NCBI GenBank assembly: GCA_965649115.1
Contig: CBFGJN010000044.1
Coordinates: 1-16,505, forward strand
Source of the DNA: a candidate division WOR-3 bacterium
Lineage (GTDB): Bacteria; Hydrothermota; Hydrothermia; LBFQ01; DSFT01
Direction: 5' to 3'
DNA: 16,505 nucleotides
Each line of letters begins with the position of its first letter. Positions within the stretch are counted from its first letter, which is position 1. The translations under genes and the position numbers were made by a program. This document shows, in pieces, positions 1 through 8,618 of this stretch. The notes beneath the pieces are model-generated. The model was not told the DNA's origin. It did not search any database and worked only from the letters and a program-made list of their open reading frames with translations.

Positions 1-2
1 CG

Positions 3-233
3 CTTGGTATAGTTGCAATACCTTATAATCCTTATCATCCCGAGCCATACAATAGATGGACATTAAAGGGTTTATACGACATAGAAAATGGTGAGATCCT
101 CATAGCGGAAGAGTTTTGGGATTTTGTGGCCGGTGAAAGGGTTTTTGATAAATTACTAAAAGTTTTTGAGGAGGCAGGTAGGGTAATAAAACCAAAAATT
201 GATGAATTCCTTAAAAAATTTAATAAACCTTAA
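3..233 (+). CDS. 3' fragment of a TdeIII-family type II restriction endonuclease (gene starts upstream of the window)
   Basis: Not in the ORF track. Frame 3 is open from the window edge to TAA at 231-233: LGIVAIPYNPYHPEPYNRWTLKGLYDIENGEILIAEEFWDFVAGERVFDKLLKVFEEAGRVIKPKIDEFLKKFNKP*. The AIPYNPYxPxPYxRWT...AEEFWDF signature matches the C-terminus of RE_TdeIII-family enzymes. It lies next to a type III R-M pair. Confidence 0.8.
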   Translation, partial: LGIVAIPYNPYHPEPYNRWTLKGLYDIENGEILIAEEFWDFVAGERVFDKLLKVFEEAGRVIKPKIDEFLKKFNKP

Positions 234-243
234 AATTTTAAAT

Positions 244-2811
244 ATGAACTATAAGGAAAAATTTTATAATTTATTAGGGGAAATGTTTATTGGAGATACT
301 AAGATAGAAGGGCAAGGGGGATATATAAATTTATTGAAATTCAAGAAAAATTATTATGATAAAGTTTTTAAACAAAAACTTGAAGAAAAAGTAAATGAAG
401 TTTTAACAAAATATCCTAGTTTTGAGACAGAGCTTTTTGAAAAACTTTATACTTTCTTCTCTCGTTATTTTTCTGAATCAGGCTCAATTTATTTTGTTAA
501 TACTCCATTTTATCATCAAATTTATGAAAGAATTTACACTGATAGGGAAGATGTAATTTTATTTTGGAAAACAAGAGACCTTTATTACATAAAAACAGAT
601 AGAATTTTCAAAAGTTTAGAAATTGAAATAGAAAATTATAAATTTTATTTTGATGTTTCAAAGCTTGAATACAAAAAAGCAAACGAAAAAAGAGAAATAA
701 TTTATGAACTTGATATTGAAAAAACAACAAAAGATAAAATTTACTTTTATGTTTATTATTCAGAAAGAGGAAGAACAACGAAAATTGAAGAGATATTAAA
801 AGCATTAAAAAAGAAAGATATTAAACTTAGTGAAGAAATTTTAGAAAAAGCATTTAGAAGATTTGAGCGACAATCAGAAGTAGATTATTTTATTCATAAA
901 AATGCAAAAGCTTTCTTAACGGAGCAATTAAAACTTTATATTTATAACTACCTTTTTAAAGAAACTCAAAACTGGACAATTGAAAGAATTGATCAGATAA
1001 ATAAACTTAAAGAAACCGCTGAACTTATAATTGATTTTGTTTCCAAATTTGAAGATGAATTAGTTAAGATCTGGAACAAACCAAGATTTGTTTTAAATTC
1101 AAATTATGTAATAACTTTTGATAGAATAATAAAACAGAACAAAGAAAAGGGAATTGAAATTATAAAGAAAATAATAAATCATAAAAATTTTGACGAGCAA
1201 GTTAAAGAATGGAAAGAACTTGAAATTATTGATGAAAACTTTGATAAAGATGAAATAATTGAAAAAGATTTAACAGGAGAAAATTTAAATTCAAAATATC
1301 AATTTTTGCCAATTGATACAAAATACTTCAAAGATTTAGAAATTGAAATTTTAGAACTTTTTGATGATTTAGATAATCAATTAGATGGTTGGCTAATAAA
1401 AAGTGAAAATTATCAGGCTTTAAATACAATACTTCCAAAATTTAAAGAGAAAGTTCAGACAATTTATATCGATCCTCCATTTAATAAAGAACAAAATGCT
1501 TATTATCTTTATAATGTTAAATACAAAGATGCCACTTGGATTACATTACTTGAAAATAGATTAAGATTGGCAAAAGATATTCTCAAAGATACAGGAAGCA
1601 TTTTTGTAAGATGCGATTATAATGGCAATATGTTTGTTCGGCTTTTGATGAATGAGATTTTTGGCGAGGAGAATTTTAGGAATGAGATAGTTGTAGGAAG
1701 AACTAAAACAGCACCGTATATAGGAACATCACCTGAAAAGGCAGGTGTAGGCTTCAAGAGTTTAATGGTTGTGTATGATAATATCTATATGTATTCAAAA
1801 AGCGATAAATTTTTCAATAAATTTTCAGAAGGAATTATAGAAGAACAAAGAGAGGCATACTGGAAAGATTTCAAAACATTTTTTGACAGGGAATATAATA
1901 GGTATGAACTGCTCGGAATTATCCCAGAGAAGGGCTGTAGCTGGATGTGGCGTAAAGAAGTAGCGGAAGAAGCAGTTAGAAATTACCAAAAATACTTAGA
2001 GGAATATGAAAAAACTGGTATAAGCTTAGAGGAATATTGGGAAAAGACAGATAGAAAGCTTAACTTTATAAGGAAGGAAGGAAATACACTAAAATACTGG
2101 GTCCCTCCATTTAAAAGAGTTTCTCACAATAACTGGGCAGATTTAGAAGGTTATGGTAGAAATTGGAATTTTCCAACCGAAAACTCCGAAATCCTCTTAA
2201 AGCGTGTCATAGAATCCACCTCAAAGGAAGGCGATTTGGTTATGGACTTCTTTTTAGGAAGTGGCACAACAACAGCAGTAGCACATAAACTTAAAAGAAA
2301 ATGGATTGGAGTAGAAATGGGCGAACATTTTTATACAGTAGTTTTACCGAGAATGAAGAAAGTTTTGGCTTATGATAAATCAGGAATTTCAAAAGAAAAA
2401 GATGTTAAGGAAAAATATAATGAAAATAATGCGGGAGGCTTTTTTAAATACTACGAACTTGAACAATATGAAGAAATCTTAAGAAAAGCCAAATATCAAG
2501 ATATAAATGAACCAAAAACATTATTTGATAAAGATTTCAATTACATTTTTATGCCTGATGAAAAAATGCTATCAGCATTAGAAATTGATTATGAAAACAA
2601 TAAAGTTAAAGTTGATTTAAATAAAATATATTCACAAGAAAGGAAAACAATTGATATTGCCGAAACATTATCAAATTTACTTGGAAAATTTATAAAGAGA
2701 ATTACAAGAAACGAGGTTGAATTTGAAGATGGACAAAAGATAAATTTAAATGATTTAGACTATAAACTTATAAAACCTTTAATATGGTGGTGGGAAAAAA
2801 ATGAAACCTAA
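244..2811 (+). CDS. mod: Type III restriction-modification DNA methyltransferase (Mod subunit), beta-class amino-methyltransferase with long N-terminal extension
   Basis: Catalytic motif IV (IYIDPPFN) precedes motif I (DFFLGSGTT), with the TRD between them, followed by HKLKRKWIGVEMGEHF and GGFFKYYELEQYE. It overlaps the res start by 11 nt. ATG 244 is preferred over 199 because 199 lies inside the upstream endonuclease gene. Confidence 0.93.
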   Translation: MNYKEKFYNLLGEMFIGDTKIEGQGGYINLLKFKKNYYDKVFKQKLEEKVNEVLTKYPSFETELFEKLYTFFSRYFSESGSIYFVNTPFYHQIYERIYTDREDVILFWKTRDLYYIKTDRIFKSLEIEIENYKFYFDVSKLEYKKANEKREIIYELDIEKTTKDKIYFYVYYSERGRTTKIEEILKALKKKDIKLSEEILEKAFRRFERQSEVDYFIHKNAKAFLTEQLKLYIYNYLFKETQNWTIERIDQINKLKETAELIIDFVSKFEDELVKIWNKPRFVLNSNYVITFDRIIKQNKEKGIEIIKKIINHKNFDEQVKEWKELEIIDENFDKDEIIEKDLTGENLNSKYQFLPIDTKYFKDLEIEILELFDDLDNQLDGWLIKSENYQALNTILPKFKEKVQTIYIDPPFNKEQNAYYLYNVKYKDATWITLLENRLRLAKDILKDTGSIFVRCDYNGNMFVRLLMNEIFGEENFRNEIVVGRTKTAPYIGTSPEKAGVGFKSLMVVYDNIYMYSKSDKFFNKFSEGIIEEQREAYWKDFKTFFDREYNRYELLGIIPEKGCSWMWRKEVAEEAVRNYQKYLEEYEKTGISLEEYWEKTDRKLNFIRKEGNTLKYWVPPFKRVSHNNWADLEGYGRNWNFPTENSEILLKRVIESTSKEGDLVMDFFLGSGTTTAVAHKLKRKWIGVEMGEHFYTVVLPRMKKVLAYDKSGISKEKDVKEKYNENNAGGFFKYYELEQYEEILRKAKYQDINEPKTLFDKDFNYIFMPDEKMLSALEIDYENNKVKVDLNKIYSQERKTIDIAETLSNLLGKFIKRITRNEVEFEDGQKINLNDLDYKLIKPLIWWWEKNET

Positions 2812-5698
2812 GTTAATTTTAAGAGAAATTATTGAAAATATAGAGCTTAAAAATTTACCCTATAATTGGCAGAATTTTGATTTTGAGAGCTTTTCAAAAG
2901 ATAAGAAGCTTTATGATTTTCAAATTGAGGCATTAGAGAATTTTTTAAAAGTTTTGTGGTTTTATTATGAAAAGGACTTTGATTATCAAGGAGGAGAAAA
3001 TTTAGAAATGAATGATAAAAGAAAAGAAAAATTATTTAAAGAATATTTAGATTATGATTTAAATCGTAAAGATGTTTCTCTTAAATATAAAGAAGAAAAG
3101 AAACATAAATTTATTTTTGAGTATTATCCATTAGAAAATGAAGAAATAAGTTTTAAGCATCTGGTGAATAGAGCTGGGTTTTGGATGGCGACAGGAAGCG
3201 GAAAAACATTAGTAATTGTTAAAATTATTGAATTTTTAAGGGAACTTATGAAAAGAAAAGAAATTCCTAGTTTTGATATTTTATTTTTAACTCACAGAGA
3301 AGACCTAATAAATCAATTTAAAAAGCATATTGAAGAATATAACGAAGGCAGGGAAGAGAGAATTAAAGTTTATGATTTAAAAGAATACGAAAAATTAAAA
3401 AGAAGTTTATTTGATCAAAATTTTGTTTTTTACTATAGGGCTGATTTATTTTCTGATGAAGAAAAAGAAAAGATTGTAGATTTTAGAAATTATTATAATA
3501 ATGGAAAATGGTTTGTAATTTTGGATGAAGCTCATAAAGGTGATACCGAAGAATCAAAAAGACAGCATATATTTTCAATACTTTCTAAAAATGGATTTCT
3601 ATTTAATTTTTCGGCAACTTTTAGCGATACTATTGATTTAATTACAACTTGTTTTGAATATAACCTTTCAACATTTATTGAAAATGGTTATGGGAAGAAA
3701 ATTTATATTTCAGATTATGAAGTAAGAGCTTTTAAAGAAAAATTTAGAAAAGAAGAAAAGCAAAAAATTATTTTAAAAGGCTTAATTCTTTTAACTTATA
3801 TTAAAAAGCAGCTAAATAAAATTAGAGAAAAAATTCCCAATTCTTATCATAATCCATTGCTCCTTGTTTTAGTGAATTCTGTAAATCGAGAGGATGCTGA
3901 TTTAAAGTTATTTTTTGAAGAAATTAAAAACATAGCAGAGGGAGATTTTGATAAAAATTTAATTGAAGAGGTAAAAAAGGAAATAAAAAAAGGGTTTGAG
4001 GAAAAAAGAAAGTTTGATATTCCAGAGAATGATGAATTAAAAATAGATTTTAGCTTGTTCTCACAAATAAGTTATGACGATATTTTAAAAGAGGTTTTTA
4101 ATACTACCAACGAAGGAAAAATAGAAATTTCTTATAGTCCCCGAGAAAAAGGAGAAGTTGCTTTTAAATTAAAAACATCTCCTTCTCATTTTGCTTTAAT
4201 TAAAACAGGAACTATGCCAGATTGGCTTGAAAGTTCTTTAAATCAATTTGAGATTAACCATGAATTTGAAAACGAGAAGTTTTTTGAAGAAATAAATAGT
4301 GAAAATTCATCAATAAATATATTATTAGGTTCAAGAGTTTTTTATGAAGGATGGGATTCAAATAGACCAAATATTATTATGTTTATAAATATAGGTACGC
4401 AAAAAGATGCTAAAAAATTCGTTTTACAATCAATTGGAAGAGGCGTAAGAATTGAACCAATAAAAAATGAAAGAAAGAGGTTATTGTCTATTAAAGAAAA
4501 AATCGGTGATATTTTTGATGAAATTAAAGATAATGCTTCTTCAATAGAAAGTTTATTTATTTTTGGAACTAATAAAAATGCTATTGAAACTATAATTAAC
4601 GAGGTTAATACATTCAAAAAAGAAACATTTAGGGGTGTTAAAATCTCTCTTTTAAAAAATGTTGAAGCAATTAAAGAAAATATTTTGTTGGTGCCGAAAT
4701 ATAAAGAAGGAGAAAAAAGAATTTTTGAAGAAGGGATCAGATATGGAATTTCTGAAAATGATTTTGAAAAATTAAAAGAATTTAATGAATTTATTAAAGA
4801 TGACAGAGTTTTGTTAATGCTTTTTAATACTGAGCCAAAATTAATTAAATATTTTAGGGAATCTTTAACTAAACAAGTGAAATTGGATAATGGAAATTAT
4901 TATAAAAGATCAGATTTAGAAAGAGATGATGTTAGAGTAATTTTAAATGATATTTTTAGTTTTTGGGGAGCAAGATTTAAAGATTTTGAAAAATTGGAGG
5001 AATTAAAAGATGAAATAAGGCATTTTGAGAATGTTGTTATTGAGGAAGTTAAATTCAAAGATTTTAACTCTATAAAAGAAGCTGTTTTAAGCACAAAAAG
5101 AAGTTTACCTTTTGAAAATTTGAAATTGGAATATATACCTAACCATTATTATTTTCCTTTAATTTTAAGTAAAGATGAAAAAGTTGATTATATTAAACAT
5201 ATTATTAAGACAAAAAGTGAAGTTGAATTTATTGAAAAACTTGAAAATTACTTAAATTCAGAAAATAATAAATTTAAAGAATTTGATTGGTGGATGTTTA
5301 GCAAAATTGATGAAAGCTTAGATGAAGTTTATATTCCTTATTACGATACTGAAAAAAGTTCTATAAGAAAATTTAAACCAGATTTTATATTTTGGCTTAA
5401 AAAAGCTAATAATTATTTTATTGTTTTTGTTGATCCAAAATCCACAAAATTCACGGATTATGAAAATAAAATTTATTGGTATAAAAAGTTATTTGAAGAG
5501 AATAACAAACCAAAAGCTTTTAAATACAAAAATTTAAATTGTTATGTATATTGCTTTTTATATACTAATGATAAAGGTAAGGTTAAAGGAACTCCTTATG
5601 AAAATTATTGGTTTGAAAGCATTGATAAAGTTCTTGATAAAATTTTATACTTTAAAATTTTAACCTTGCGGAGGTGGCGGAATTGGCAGACGCGGTAG
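2801..5698 (+). CDS. res: Type III restriction endonuclease (Res subunit): SF2 helicase-like ATPase plus C-terminal PD-(D/E)xK nuclease
   Basis: Walker A MATGSGKT, Walker B ILDEAHKG, motif III FSATF, EGWDSNRPN, motif VI QSIGRGVR, nuclease motif FKPDFIFW...FVDPKS. Translationally coupled to mod. Confidence 0.93.
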   Translation: MKPKLILREIIENIELKNLPYNWQNFDFESFSKDKKLYDFQIEALENFLKVLWFYYEKDFDYQGGENLEMNDKRKEKLFKEYLDYDLNRKDVSLKYKEEKKHKFIFEYYPLENEEISFKHLVNRAGFWMATGSGKTLVIVKIIEFLRELMKRKEIPSFDILFLTHREDLINQFKKHIEEYNEGREERIKVYDLKEYEKLKRSLFDQNFVFYYRADLFSDEEKEKIVDFRNYYNNGKWFVILDEAHKGDTEESKRQHIFSILSKNGFLFNFSATFSDTIDLITTCFEYNLSTFIENGYGKKIYISDYEVRAFKEKFRKEEKQKIILKGLILLTYIKKQLNKIREKIPNSYHNPLLLVLVNSVNREDADLKLFFEEIKNIAEGDFDKNLIEEVKKEIKKGFEEKRKFDIPENDELKIDFSLFSQISYDDILKEVFNTTNEGKIEISYSPREKGEVAFKLKTSPSHFALIKTGTMPDWLESSLNQFEINHEFENEKFFEEINSENSSINILLGSRVFYEGWDSNRPNIIMFINIGTQKDAKKFVLQSIGRGVRIEPIKNERKRLLSIKEKIGDIFDEIKDNASSIESLFIFGTNKNAIETIINEVNTFKKETFRGVKISLLKNVEAIKENILLVPKYKEGEKRIFEEGIRYGISENDFEKLKEFNEFIKDDRVLLMLFNTEPKLIKYFRESLTKQVKLDNGNYYKRSDLERDDVRVILNDIFSFWGARFKDFEKLEELKDEIRHFENVVIEEVKFKDFNSIKEAVLSTKRSLPFENLKLEYIPNHYYFPLILSKDEKVDYIKHIIKTKSEVEFIEKLENYLNSENNKFKEFDWWMFSKIDESLDEVYIPYYDTEKSSIRKFKPDFIFWLKKANNYFIVFVDPKSTKFTDYENKIYWYKKLFEENNKPKAFKYKNLNCYVYCFLYTNDKGKVKGTPYENYWFESIDKVLDKILYFKILTLRRWRNWQTR
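5622..5661 (+). promoter_or_regulatory. Putative sigma70-type promoter for tRNA-Leu/ndk, embedded in the res 3' end
   Basis: TTGATA (5622-5627), 18-nt spacer, TATACT (5646-5651). An alternative -10, TAAAAT at 5653-5658, sits 9 nt before the tRNA. The AT-rich background lowers specificity. Confidence 0.4.
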
Positions 5699-5751
5699 AT
5701 TGAGGGTCTACTGCCCGCAAGGGTGTGAGGGTTCAAGTCCCTCCCTCCGCA
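5668..5751 (+). tRNA. tRNA-Leu (anticodon GAG), class II with long variable arm, 3' CCA not encoded
   Basis: Acceptor stem GCGGAGG/CCTCCGC plus discriminator A; D arm GCG-GAATTGGCAGA-CGC; anticodon arm GTAGA-TTGAGGG-TCTAC; variable arm GCCC-GCAA-GGGT; T arm GAGGG-TTCAAGT-CCCTC. Confidence 0.97.
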
Positions 5752-5753
5752 TT

Positions 5754-6152
5754 ATGAAAACATTATTAATGATAAAACCCGACGCTACGAGTAAAAAAAT
5801 TATAGGAAAAATAATTTCTATGATTGAAGAAGCAGGATTTGAAATAACAGGTATTAGGATGAAAAAATTTTCAAGAGAAGAAGCAGAAAAATTTTATGAA
5901 GTTCATAAAGAAAAACCATTTTTTAATGAACTTATTGATTTTATAACAAGTGGTTATGTAGTAGGTATTAGAATTGAAGGGGAAAATGTTGTTGAAAGAA
6001 TAAGAAGCTTTATAGGTTCTACTGACCCTAAGAAAGCAGAGAAAGGAACAATAAGAAACTTATTTGGTGAAAGTATTACAAGAAATGTTGTTCATGCTTC
6101 TGATTCAATTGAAAATGCTGAAAGAGAATTAAAATTTTTCTTTGAGGATTAA
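5754..6152 (+). CDS. ndk: Nucleoside diphosphate kinase
   Basis: MKTLLMIKPDA start, FYEVHKEKPFF, GSTDPKKAEKGTIR, catalytic NVVHASDS. The true start is ATG 5754; the ORF-track extension from 5700 is tRNA sequence. Confidence 0.96.
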   Translation: MKTLLMIKPDATSKKIIGKIISMIEEAGFEITGIRMKKFSREEAEKFYEVHKEKPFFNELIDFITSGYVVGIRIEGENVVERIRSFIGSTDPKKAEKGTIRNLFGESITRNVVHASDSIENAERELKFFFED

Positions 6153-6153
6153 A

Positions 6154-6969
6154 ATGATTGGTTTAATTGGTCTTGGAAGAATGGGTAAAGGAATTGCTAA
6201 AAACTTATTGAGTCATAATTTATCCTTAAATTTATTTAATAGAACGAAGGAAAAATTAAAAGAATTTGAGGGCATAACAAATGTTTTTTATGATATTGAA
6301 AGTTTTGTAAAAAAGACAAAAATTTTCCTAATTATGCTTTCAGATTATGAAGCAGTGAAGAGTATTTTGAAATTTATACCAAAAGACGAAATTATAATAG
6401 ATTTTTCAACATTATATCCAAAAGCTGTTATTGAAATTAAAGAAAATTATAAAAATTATGTTTCAAGTCCTGTTTTTGCAGGTCCAAAAGATATAGAAGA
6501 GGGAAAAGCAAGGATAATATTTGGTCAAACGGAAAAATTTTTTTATGAAAATCAATTAGATTTCATTAATTATCTTGGTAATGTTTATTTCGTTAATGAT
6601 AGTGTAAAAGCAAGTGCTATAAAACTTGCTTCTAACTTTATTCATGGTGTTTTTTATGTTTTATCGTTAGAATTTAATACATTTATAAAAGAATTTGATA
6701 TTGAAGATGAAATTTTTGAAATTCAAGGTGATAGGCCAATAATTGATATGGCAAGAAGATATGGCAAGTACTATAATAATGATGTTGAATTATCATTTAC
6801 TACTGAACTTATGGCAAAGGATATTGAATATGCAAGAATTTCTGCACACGAAAAAAACATCCCCTTTTTTATTACATCTTCTGCAAGAGAAGTTTATGAA
6901 CTTGCTAAAAGATATGGGCTTTCAAATAAGGATTGGAGAGAAATTTGGAAGATATTCAAAAGAACTTAA
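6154..6969 (+). CDS. NAD(P)-dependent oxidoreductase, beta-hydroxyacid dehydrogenase (3-hydroxyisobutyrate/6-PGDH NAD-binding) family
   Basis: Rossmann motif IGLIGLGRMG, FNRT, IDFST, SPVFAGP (variant of DAPVSGG), catalytic Lys in IKLASN, F.TELMAKD. ATG 6154 lies 1 nt after the ndk stop, with GAGGA upstream. Confidence 0.85.
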   Translation: MIGLIGLGRMGKGIAKNLLSHNLSLNLFNRTKEKLKEFEGITNVFYDIESFVKKTKIFLIMLSDYEAVKSILKFIPKDEIIIDFSTLYPKAVIEIKENYKNYVSSPVFAGPKDIEEGKARIIFGQTEKFFYENQLDFINYLGNVYFVNDSVKASAIKLASNFIHGVFYVLSLEFNTFIKEFDIEDEIFEIQGDRPIIDMARRYGKYYNNDVELSFTTELMAKDIEYARISAHEKNIPFFITSSAREVYELAKRYGLSNKDWREIWKIFKRT

Positions 6970-7742
6970 TTATAAGAATTATATCTGGAATTATTGGAGC
7001 ATTATTATTTTTTTCAATTGTATTTATAGGTGGCGTTCTTTTTAAAATTTTAATAATTTTTCTTGCAATTTTAGGATTAATTGAATACTTTAATTTAATG
7101 AAAAAAATTGGATTTATGCCTTTTAGATTTTTAACAATTATTGCCTCAATAATTTTAATTTCTTTTTCCTCAAATGTTAAATTTTTTGAAATTACATTTA
7201 TTACTTTTATAAGCCTTTTTATTATTTTCGTGCTTTCAATACCATTTTATTATAATTCTGGAAGAAGAATTGAAGATGGTGCTATTTCCATTTATGGATT
7301 TTTGTATCTTTCAATACCTTCCGCTTTATTTGTAAATTTAAGAGAAATATCAATTTATCATGTACTTTATGTTATTCTAATTACTTGGACAAATGATATA
7401 TTTGCATTTTTTGTCGGAAAATTTTTAGGAAAAAATAAGCTTGCTCCAAATATAAGTCCTAATAAAACAATTGAGGGTTTATTAGGTGGTATGATTTTTT
7501 CAGTAATTTTAGGCATTCTTTTTTCTATTTTATTTAAATTCAGTATTTTAAAGTACATATTTTTTTCAGTAATTCTTTCAATAAGTGGAACAATTGGGGA
7601 TTTAGTTGAGTCAGTTATAAAAAGAGAGGCAAATGTAAAGGATTCGGGCTATTTCTTACCAGGTCATGGGGGATTTTTGGATAGAGTTGATAGTTTAATT
7701 ATCAACATTCCAATTTATTTTATCTTAATTCATTTATGGTAA
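6933..7742 (+). CDS. cdsA: Phosphatidate cytidylyltransferase (CDP-diacylglycerol synthase)
   Basis: Polytopic membrane protein with WTNDIFAFFVGK, LAPNISPNKTIEG and GDLVESVIKREANVKDSGYFLPGHGGFLDRVDS. The start may instead be TTG 6945, which has GGAG upstream. Confidence 0.95.
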   Translation: MERNLEDIQKNLIIRIISGIIGALLFFSIVFIGGVLFKILIIFLAILGLIEYFNLMKKIGFMPFRFLTIIASIILISFSSNVKFFEITFITFISLFIIFVLSIPFYYNSGRRIEDGAISIYGFLYLSIPSALFVNLREISIYHVLYVILITWTNDIFAFFVGKFLGKNKLAPNISPNKTIEGLLGGMIFSVILGILFSILFKFSILKYIFFSVILSISGTIGDLVESVIKREANVKDSGYFLPGHGGFLDRVDSLIINIPIYFILIHLW

Positions 7743-8575
7743 GCATAATTTTTGTAAATTTTTGGACATCAAAATATATAAAAAAATTGTTAAAAAAACT
7801 TAAAAATGAAAATTTTGAAATTATTGTTTGGAACAATTCAAAAGAAGATGAAATTTTTGATGATGGTATAAAAGTTATAAATAGTCCTTATAATATAGGT
7901 TTTGGTCCAGCTGTTAATAGAGCAGTAAAATTGACAAGTTTTAATTACATTTTACTAATAAATCCAGATTGTGATTTTCAAGTTGATGTTATATATGAAT
8001 TATATAAGTTTTTAAGTAATAATGAAAAAGTATTTGCTGTCAGTCCAAAAATTATATCAAATAATAAAATTTGGCCATCAGCAAGAAGGATAAAAAATCC
8101 GTTTCTATTATTTTTTGGAAGACGTTCTATTTTCAGATTTTCTAAATTAAGTAAAAAATTTCTATATTTAGATGAAAGCGATAAAATTGTTGAGGTTGAA
8201 GGATTAATTGGAACTTTTTTAATGTTCAAAAAAGATATTTTTTTAAAACTTGGTGGATTTGATGAAAAATTTTTTTTCTATGCAGAGGATTTGGATTTAT
8301 CTTTGAGAGCTTATAAAAGTGGATATAAACTTTTTTTATTAAATTACTTAGTAGTTGAACATAGTGTTGGTATTACAAGGAAAATTAAAAATAGTTTTGC
8401 TGAATTTAAAAGAGCAAAATCATTATTTTTATTTATGATAAAAAACTATTTCATTTTTAAATTAGTTTTTCCTTTAATTTTGCTTGGTTTTTTATATTAC
8501 GCTTTAATTTTGATGATTAGGGATTTGTTTGATTTTAAAGTTAAAGATATTGATTTTGCAAATCATTCTCAATAA
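7736..8575 (+). CDS. Glycosyltransferase family 2 (WbbL/rhamnosyltransferase-like)
   Basis: VSIIFVNF, IIVWNNS, NIGFGPAVN, LLINPD (DxD-like), GGFDEKFFFYAEDLDLSLR, VEHSVG. Confidence 0.88.
   Translation: MVSIIFVNFWTSKYIKKLLKKLKNENFEIIVWNNSKEDEIFDDGIKVINSPYNIGFGPAVNRAVKLTSFNYILLINPDCDFQVDVIYELYKFLSNNEKVFAVSPKIISNNKIWPSARRIKNPFLLFFGRRSIFRFSKLSKKFLYLDESDKIVEVEGLIGTFLMFKKDIFLKLGGFDEKFFFYAEDLDLSLRAYKSGYKLFLLNYLVVEHSVGITRKIKNSFAEFKRAKSLFLFMIKNYFIFKLVFPLILLGFLYYALILMIRDLFDFKVKDIDFANHSQ
8556..8572. promoter_or_regulatory. Putative Fur-family (iron-responsive) operator upstream of the FTR1 permease
   Basis: TTGCAAAT-C-ATTCTCAA matches 11 of 14 positions of the 7-1-7 Fur consensus TGATAAT-N-ATTATCA. 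It lies just upstream of a TAAAAT -10 candidate (8585-8590) and ~47 nt before the FTR1 ATG. Confidence 0.55.
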
Positions 8576-8618
8576 AAATAACTTTAAAATTTCTGACTTT
8601 TTAAGTAAGAAATTAGTT

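Noticed and set aside
199..243. Longer Mod N-terminus
   Set aside because: It overlaps the upstream endonuclease CDS; ATG 244 fits better.
244..2811. Phase-variable mod (phasevarion) via simple sequence repeats
   Set aside because: No tandem di- to penta-nucleotide tract or long G/C run is present. The short A/T runs are expected at this composition, and the ORF is intact.
5700..5753. N-terminal extension of Ndk in the ORF track (MRVYCPQGCEG...)
   Set aside because: This is tRNA-Leu sequence; Ndk homology begins at ATG 5754.
5668..5800. tRNA as an att site of an integrated prophage or ICE
   Set aside because: No integrase and no duplicated tRNA 3' end in the window; core genes follow immediately.
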